NCBI GenBank assembly: GCA_036336885.1
Contig: JAYZFG010000007.1
Location: 51,978-115,977 of the forward strand
DNA length: 64,000 nt
Reading direction: 5' to 3'
Source: Pseudomonadota bacterium
GTDB lineage: Bacteria; Pseudomonadota; Alphaproteobacteria; MPNO01; UBA2964
The translations under genes were made by a program, and so were the position numbers. The notes under the pieces were generated by a model. The model was not told where the DNA came from. It did no database searches and was given only the letters and a program-made list of their open reading frames with translations. This document shows positions 58,330-64,000 of the stretch, in pieces. Every line of letters starts with the position of its first letter. Position 1 is the stretch's first letter.

Positions 58330-59184
58330 TTACTTCCCTGACTTTAATGGCACAGCATAACTGCCAACCGATTGGGCTACGGTAAAACCAATCCCTTTTT
58401 CAACTATATTATTCAATCTCGGGTCATCAAACTCCACAAAACCATGTACCTCAATTAAAAATACCTCATTAGCAGTTTTGTCATTTAATAGTGGAACTAA
58501 TGCTGAGGGTTTTAGTCCTTCGTCAGTTAAGGTACTTGTTAATCGAGAGCGGCTGACCGGCTCAACAATTTCTATGATTACATAACTTATATCATCGTCA
58601 CTTTTGACGGGAGATATCTCAGCGACAAGCAAAGCTTCAACCCCGCGGCCTCGTCTATTACCCCCTGACTCGAATGGTAGTCGTGCGCATATACGTAATA
58701 AACTTTCACTGCCCTGACTACCGAGTAATGGCCACCAAGGATCAGACTCATCAATTTGTGGTATAGGTAAAACACCTACTGTTGCGGCAGCTTCTGCAAC
58801 AGCCCGCAATACACCGCGTGAAGTTTCATACCGTATTATCGGCGTCTGTGAGCCAAAGTGATCCCTCACAATATCCCAATAAGCGCCGTCATCATTACCT
58901 GTCACCGCTATTTTAAATTCACCCTGCATAATAAGAGATGCAGAAATTAACTCACGCCAAATACGGGCTATTACGCCAATTGGTAATTCACCTCGGTGCC
59001 GACCCACCAACTTACGCAACACCTCTGCCTCACGCGCCGGCCGAAATATTGGTCCCCCTGTACCCTCCTTGGCTTCTTTGACCTCCGCCACTAAATCAGC
59101 ACGCTGCATGATCAAATCATGTAACGATTGGTCGATAGAGTCGATCTTATCTCTTAATTCATCCAAACTTTTATTTACACTCAT
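58330..59184 (-). CDS. Chorismate mutase (AroQ) fused to a ~190 aa C-terminal domain
   Basis: The N-terminus LDELRDKIDSIDQSLHDLIMQRADLVAEVKEAK is the AroQ CM helix. The C-terminal part resembles the N-lobe of prephenate dehydratase/periplasmic-binding folds. Confidence 0.6.
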   Translation of the reverse strand: MSVNKSLDELRDKIDSIDQSLHDLIMQRADLVAEVKEAKEGTGGPIFRPAREAEVLRKLVGRHRGELPIGVIARIWRELISASLIMQGEFKIAVTGNDDGAYWDIVRDHFGSQTPIIRYETSRGVLRAVAEAAATVGVLPIPQIDESDPWWPLLGSQGSESLLRICARLPFESGGNRRGRGVEALLVAEISPVKSDDDISYVIIEIVEPVSRSRLTSTLTDEGLKPSALVPLLNDKTANEVFLIEVHGFVEFDDPRLNNIVEKGIGFTVAQSVGSYAVPLKSGK

Positions 59185-59226
59185 AACAATCTCTTGCTGA
59201 CAGTTTCCCCATTATGCAAAGCTGGG

Positions 59227-59246
59227 CCGCGCGTTTATAGCGCGCT
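59227..59246. promoter_or_regulatory. GC-rich hairpin in the metX leader region
   Basis: A GCGCG stem around a TTTATA loop, followed by CUAAGACUUUAACAAAAAGCAAAG. It lies 100-120 nt upstream of metX. Confidence 0.25.
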
Positions 59247-59345
59247 AAGACTTTAACAAAAAGCAAAGAAAATATTGCTAAATATTTCACTTCGTCATAG
59301 CTATCATTAAAATTTAGTTAATAGTTACTTGAAACAAATGTTTAA

Positions 59346-60515
59346 ATGAAGACCATGACATTGTCATTAAACCCAATATCAAAAGAAAATTTGCCAGGAC
59401 ATCATGTCGAGCTTGGTGTTGAAACACCATTAAAATTAGATTCTGGAGCGATTCTAAGCCCATTCGACATTGCTTATCAGACCTACGGTGTTCTCAATCA
59501 AGACAAATCAAATGCGATCCTTGTTTGCCATGCGCTAACTGGGGACCAATACCCTGCAGAAGAGCACCCCGTTACAAAGAAAGATGGGTGGTGGAAACTG
59601 ATGATCGGACCGGGAAAGGTACTTGATACTGATCGTTATTTTATCATTTGTTCTAATGTTTTGGGCGGTTGTATGGGAACAACCGGTCCAAGCTCAATTG
59701 ACCCAAAGACTAAACAACCTTTTGGTCTTAAGTTTCCGGTAATTACTATTGGTGACATGGTACGTGCTCAAAAAATGATGATTGACCACCTAGGAATTGA
59801 AAAACTTTTTTGCGTGATTGGCGGATCGATGGGAGCAATGCAGGTATTAGAGTGGGCGTCAAAATATGGTGACCAACTTCATACTGCAGTACCTATCGCT
59901 GGTGCCCCACGCCATTCTGCCCAGAACATTGCATTCCACGAAGTTGGGCGACAAGCAATTATGGCAGACCCGGAATGGTGTCAAGGCAATTATAGTATTG
60001 AAAATAAACGACCGCGTCGGGGACTTGCCGTTGCAAGAATGGAGGCACATATCACCTACCTTTCTGAACCGGCCCTTCATAGGAAATTTGGTCGGCGATT
60101 ACAAGAACGTGACCAAATATCATATGGCTTCGATGCAGATTTTGAGGTTGAATCTTATTTACGTCATCAGGGCAGCAGCTTCGTAGAACGTTTCGATGCA
60201 AACTCCTACCTTTATATCACTCGTGCTATGGATTATTTTGACTTAGCCGTAGAGCACGGGGGTGTTCTTGCAAATGCTTTTCATGACACGGAAGTGAGAT
60301 TTTTTGTCGTCTCCTTCTCGAGCGATTGGCTTTATCCAACTATTGAAAGCCGAACAGTTGTGCACGCGCTCAATGCGGTCGCGGCCAATGTCAGTTTTCT
60401 TGAAGTCCAAACAGACAAAGGACATGATGCTTTTTTGTTAGACGAACCGGTTTTGCATGAAACACTTTCAGGCTTTTTAGACGGTGCTATTCGGCACAGC
60501 AGGCTGAAACTATGA
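59346..60515 (+). CDS. metX: Homoserine O-acetyltransferase
   Basis: 389 aa alpha/beta hydrolase with GGSMGAMQ (nucleophile Ser). It is followed by metW with a 4-bp overlap. Confidence 0.85.
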   Translation: MKTMTLSLNPISKENLPGHHVELGVETPLKLDSGAILSPFDIAYQTYGVLNQDKSNAILVCHALTGDQYPAEEHPVTKKDGWWKLMIGPGKVLDTDRYFIICSNVLGGCMGTTGPSSIDPKTKQPFGLKFPVITIGDMVRAQKMMIDHLGIEKLFCVIGGSMGAMQVLEWASKYGDQLHTAVPIAGAPRHSAQNIAFHEVGRQAIMADPEWCQGNYSIENKRPRRGLAVARMEAHITYLSEPALHRKFGRRLQERDQISYGFDADFEVESYLRHQGSSFVERFDANSYLYITRAMDYFDLAVEHGGVLANAFHDTEVRFFVVSFSSDWLYPTIESRTVVHALNAVAANVSFLEVQTDKGHDAFLLDEPVLHETLSGFLDGAIRHSRLKL

Positions 60516-61144
60516 CGGAAGAATTGACCGATAAACCACTCAGATCTGACCTGAAAATTATCAGCGATTTAATTTCACCAGGAAGCCGGGTACTTGATAT
60601 AGGCTGTGGGGACGGTACTCTTTTAGCTCACCTTGCCGAAAATAAAAATATAGATGCTCGGGGCATAGAACTGAGTCAAGAAGGGGTTAATGCCTGTGTC
60701 GCTAAGGGGTTATCGGTAATACAAGGTAATGCAGATACGGATTTAGCTGATTATCCATCAAACGCCTTTGACTACGTAGTTTTGGGACAAACTCTGCAAG
60801 CTACTCGCAGTCCCAAAGACGTTTTAACGACTCTTGTTAGAATTGGGCAGCATGCAATAGTGTCTTTCGTGAATGTTGGACACTGGCGTACCCGATTATC
60901 CCTAATTCTCCATGGGCGTGTCCCTGTTCCCGATGCAAGTCATTATAGTTGGTATGATAGCCCTGATATTCATTTATGCACTGTTCTGGATTTTGTCGAT
61001 CTATGCGAAGAACTTGGGTTAAAAATTGATATTGGTCTCTCTATTGACCGGAACACCAAAATTCAACCAATCAGGACCCGCAGCCACACTGCAAACCTTA
61101 AAGGTGATCAGGCCATATTTCAGCTCACCCGAGAAAGATCTTAA
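60512..61144 (+). CDS. metW: Methionine biosynthesis protein MetW
   Basis: [15 protein letters not shown]-fold. It is the typical metX partner. Confidence 0.8.
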   Translation: MTEELTDKPLRSDLKIISDLISPGSRVLDIGCGDGTLLAHLAENKNIDARGIELSQEGVNACVAKGLSVIQGNADTDLADYPSNAFDYVVLGQTLQATRSPKDVLTTLVRIGQHAIVSFVNVGHWRTRLSLILHGRVPVPDASHYSWYDSPDIHLCTVLDFVDLCEELGLKIDIGLSIDRNTKIQPIRTRSHTANLKGDQAIFQLTRERS

Positions 61145-61860
61145 CTACCAGCAATTACTTTATAATGTTGTCGTCGACCTCGGCTTTTTACCATATCGGT
61201 AGTAGACGCATGAATCTGCTTTCTAAATTCTAGAATTAACACTCCAGAGATCGAAGGGAATATTCTTTTACCGACTTCCTCCCACACGCGTGAAGAAGCA
61301 ACTATCAAACGAGATCTTACTGGCGGCATAAAGAGGGCACGCTCGGTGCGAATTGGCATAAAAAGAGTATCTCTAAGTAAATGTTGGGCCTGCGCCGGTG
61401 TATAGGAGTTGCCATTACCAAATGGTGTATGATCCAATCGGGCCCAAATTCCTCTTCGATTGGGCACAACTACAACAAGCCGTCCTCCATCAGCGAGAAT
61501 TCGCCAAACTTCGCGAAGCATAGAACGTAGTTGCTCGCTGCACTCAAGAGCATGTACTAATAATATTTTGTCAAAGGATACATCAGGAAGTGGTATTTCT
61601 TCTTCAGCACATAATATCACTCTACCACTTTCTTCCCCCGGCCAATGCAAAACTCCCTGTTGAGCAGGCATAACCGCGATTGTTCTTTCCGCTTCATTTT
61701 GAAATATGTCTAAAAACGGGATTGCATAGCCCAACCCCAACACTCGTTGATTGGAAACATTTGGCCAAACACCACGTATACAGTGACTAATTAATGTTTG
61801 GGCGGTTTTCCCAAGACCATTTTTATAAAAGTCACTTAGATCAACAACGTCACACCACAT
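61141..61860 (-). CDS. Putative class I SAM-dependent methyltransferase
   Basis: 239 aa with a methyltransferase-type-11-like core LLVHALE...WRILADGGRLVVV. It is divergent from gloB. Confidence 0.45.
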   Translation of the reverse strand: MWCDVVDLSDFYKNGLGKTAQTLISHCIRGVWPNVSNQRVLGLGYAIPFLDIFQNEAERTIAVMPAQQGVLHWPGEESGRVILCAEEEIPLPDVSFDKILLVHALECSEQLRSMLREVWRILADGGRLVVVVPNRRGIWARLDHTPFGNGNSYTPAQAQHLLRDTLFMPIRTERALFMPPVRSRLIVASSRVWEEVGKRIFPSISGVLILEFRKQIHASTTDMVKSRGRRQHYKVIAGS

Positions 61861-61971
61861 ATTCCTATCTTATCATAACAAATAATAAAATGGGGCAGCA
61901 TAGTGTTGGCGCAACACAATCTCTTTGGTATTTTGGTAGAGAAGTAGAAACTTAACTTAAGGAAAAATTCC

Positions 61972-62742
61972 ATGACTATGTTGGAAATTGAGCAAATTCC
62001 CACCCGAACTGATAATTATGTATACCTGATTAAGGAATCGGGACAAGGAAAAGTTGGTGTCGTGGATCCATCGGATGCAGATCCGGTTATAGAAGTGCTA
62101 AACCGTCTAGGCTGGGAACTGACGCACATAATTAACACCCACCACCATAACGATCACACCGGCGGCAATTTAGAACTCAAAAAAAAATACGGGTGCTCTG
62201 TCGTTGGCCCTCTAGCAGACCACGATCGTATAGCCGGTATCGATATCGATGTTGGGGACGGTGATACATATATGTTTGGTGACTTAGAGGCAAAAATATA
62301 TGACACACCGGGTCATACACGTGGGCACATCGCTTACTGGTTTGAGGAATGTAGCGCTTTATTTTGTGGAGATACTCTTTTTGCTCTCGGTTGTGGAAGA
62401 GTATTTGAGGGTACGTTCGAGCAGATGTGGGAATCTTTGGGTAAGTTACGAGCTCTTCCCGATAATACCATGGTTTATTGTGCTCATGAATACACACAGG
62501 CAAACGCCAAATTTGCAATCACCATTGAAACAGATAATACAGCGCTATTGGAGAGAGCATCCGAAATTGACGCTTTACGAGCTAATAATGAACGGACTGT
62601 CCCATCACTGCTAGGGCTTGAGAAAGCAACCAACCCCTTTTTGCGTGCTGATATTGCATCAGTTGCTAATGCAGTAGGGCTACCATCCGGTACCCCTGTT
62701 GAAGTATTCGGAGAAATCCGTAAGCGCAAAGACAATTTTTAA
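61972..62742 (+). CDS. gloB: Hydroxyacylglutathione hydrolase (glyoxalase II)
   Basis: Metallo-beta-lactamase HHHNDHTGG motif. Confidence 0.85.
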   Translation: MTMLEIEQIPTRTDNYVYLIKESGQGKVGVVDPSDADPVIEVLNRLGWELTHIINTHHHNDHTGGNLELKKKYGCSVVGPLADHDRIAGIDIDVGDGDTYMFGDLEAKIYDTPGHTRGHIAYWFEECSALFCGDTLFALGCGRVFEGTFEQMWESLGKLRALPDNTMVYCAHEYTQANAKFAITIETDNTALLERASEIDALRANNERTVPSLLGLEKATNPFLRADIASVANAVGLPSGTPVEVFGEIRKRKDNF

Positions 62743-62774
62743 TTTAAATAAGAGAAATTTTACCAGATTCCTGA

Positions 62775-63950
62775 TTAATTCCGAGCAACGCACATGGCAA
62801 TGCCCATGCCACCCCCGATACAAAGAGTTGCCAAGCCCTTAGACAAATTACACTTCTCCATCTCATAAAGTAGTGTAGTCAAAATTCGGGCTCCAGAAGC
62901 TCCGATTGGATGCCCGATGGCAATTGCCCCACCATTGACGTTTAAGCGGTCATCATCCCAACCAAGATCTTTCCCCACAGCTAATGTTTGCGCCGCAAAC
63001 GCTTCATTTGCTTCAATGAGGTCTAAATCGTCAATTGCCCAACCTGCCTTTTCCAAAGCTGCTCTGCTTGCGGGAATAGGCCCCGTGCCCATTATAGAGG
63101 GGTCAACACCGGCCTGAGCCCAAGAGACGATCCTCGCTTTTGGGGTAATCCCTCTTTTTGTTGCTTCCTCCTCTGTCATAAGTACAAGCGCCGCTGCCCC
63201 ATCATTGATGCCTGAGGCGTTACCAGCTGTTACCGTCCCATTTTTCGAAAAAGCCGGACGCAACTCCGCGAGTGACTCAGCTGTCACGCCACCACGCGGA
63301 TATTCGTCACGATTAACCGTTATAGATCCTTTGCGAGTTTTTATTACTACCGGCGCTATTTCATCCACAAATTTTCCTGCATTTTGCGCCTTCTCCGCAC
63401 GTTGTTGTGATCTTAAGGCAAATTGATCTTGTTCTTCGCGGCTAATCTGCCATTGTTTCGCAATATTCTCTGCCGTACAGCCCATATGGTAGCCGTTAAA
63501 AGCGTCCCACAGCCCGTCGCGGATCATAGTATCGACCATCTTAGTATCACCCATTCTTTTCCCATCGCGAAGATGAATACAGTGAGGAGCCTGACTCATG
63601 CTCTCTTGTCCCCCGGCAACGACTATAGACGCGTCATTATTTTTAATAGATTGCAGTGCTAAAACTATCGTTTTTAAACCCGAGCCACAGAGCTGATTGA
63701 TACCGAAGGCTGGTACCTCTACCGGCACGTCCGCAGCCATTGCAGCCTGACGTGCGGGATTTTGACCTGTAGCAGCCGTCAAAATTTGTCCCATTATTAC
63801 TTCAGATACGTCTTCTGGTAATATATTAGCACGGTCCAGCGCCGCAATAATCGCGACAGTCCCAAGGTCAGAGGCAGTCAAATCAGCAAAAGCGCCATTA
63901 AAGTTTCCAACTGGTGTCCTAGCAGCGCTTACAATGACAACTTCATTCAT
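62775..63950 (-). CDS. Acetyl-CoA C-acetyltransferase (thiolase II)
   Basis: 391 aa with active-site Cys in NQLCGSGL, and C-terminal GHPIGASG and CIGGGMG. Confidence 0.9.
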   Translation of the reverse strand: MNEVVIVSAARTPVGNFNGAFADLTASDLGTVAIIAALDRANILPEDVSEVIMGQILTAATGQNPARQAAMAADVPVEVPAFGINQLCGSGLKTIVLALQSIKNNDASIVVAGGQESMSQAPHCIHLRDGKRMGDTKMVDTMIRDGLWDAFNGYHMGCTAENIAKQWQISREEQDQFALRSQQRAEKAQNAGKFVDEIAPVVIKTRKGSITVNRDEYPRGGVTAESLAELRPAFSKNGTVTAGNASGINDGAAALVLMTEEEATKRGITPKARIVSWAQAGVDPSIMGTGPIPASRAALEKAGWAIDDLDLIEANEAFAAQTLAVGKDLGWDDDRLNVNGGAIAIGHPIGASGARILTTLLYEMEKCNLSKGLATLCIGGGMGIAMCVARN

Positions 63951-64000
63951 TTTTCATAAACATCCCAAATATTCGTATGAAGCCAAATTTTATATAATAT

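Noticed and set aside
1-64000. CRISPR arrays, integrases, transposases, prophage or known defence systems (RM, TA, CBASS, retron)
   Set aside because: No repeat-spacer periodicity and no recombinase, phage structural or defence-signature proteins were seen in any frame. The stand-alone HNH (38999..39559) has no partner genes.

Overview
This 64 kb window has ~45-47% GC and very tight gene packing, with many 4-bp ATGA/TGATG start-stop overlaps. Gene content and order are typical of a marine alphaproteobacterial chromosome, for example the argH-small lipoprotein-lysA, ftsEX-ydcF-plsC, chorismate mutase-hisC-tyrC, metXW and etfBA-hbd clusters. The window divides into two parts.

Positions 1 to ~42.5 kb form a catabolism-dense, accessory-looking region. 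Its central feature is four paralogous UbiD-family (prFMN-type) decarboxylase genes. Two of them are each divergently paired with a paralogous three-subunit molybdenum hydroxylase operon (FAD, 2Fe-2S and large molybdopterin subunits of the xanthine dehydrogenase/CoxSML family). Around these sit a crotonase, an ACMSD-type amidohydrolase-2, an FMN 2-hydroxyacid dehydrogenase, four VOC/glyoxalase-fold proteins, two dienelactone hydrolases, an LLM flavin monooxygenase, two hotdog thioesterases, AKR, SDR, GST, a TauD/TfdA dioxygenase and a TcuA-like FAD dehydrogenase with an AbrB-family membrane protein. The region is interrupted by zur-znuCB, aqpZ, a GT2 plus TylF-like methyltransferase pair beside tRNA-Leu(CAA), DedA-DsbB-Coq7, an HNH endonuclease, AlkA and Nudix genes.

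Positions ~42.8 to 64 kb are core housekeeping genes: etfBA, hbd, tlpA-like, argH, lysA, hpt, ftsEX, plsC, FAH, chaC, tyrC, hisC, chorismate mutase, metXW, gloB and a thiolase.

No CRISPR array, integrase, transposase, phage gene or recognisable defence system was found. The most unusual content is the duplicated UbiD plus molybdenum hydroxylase module, which may represent an uncharacterised (hetero)aromatic carboxylic-acid catabolic system.
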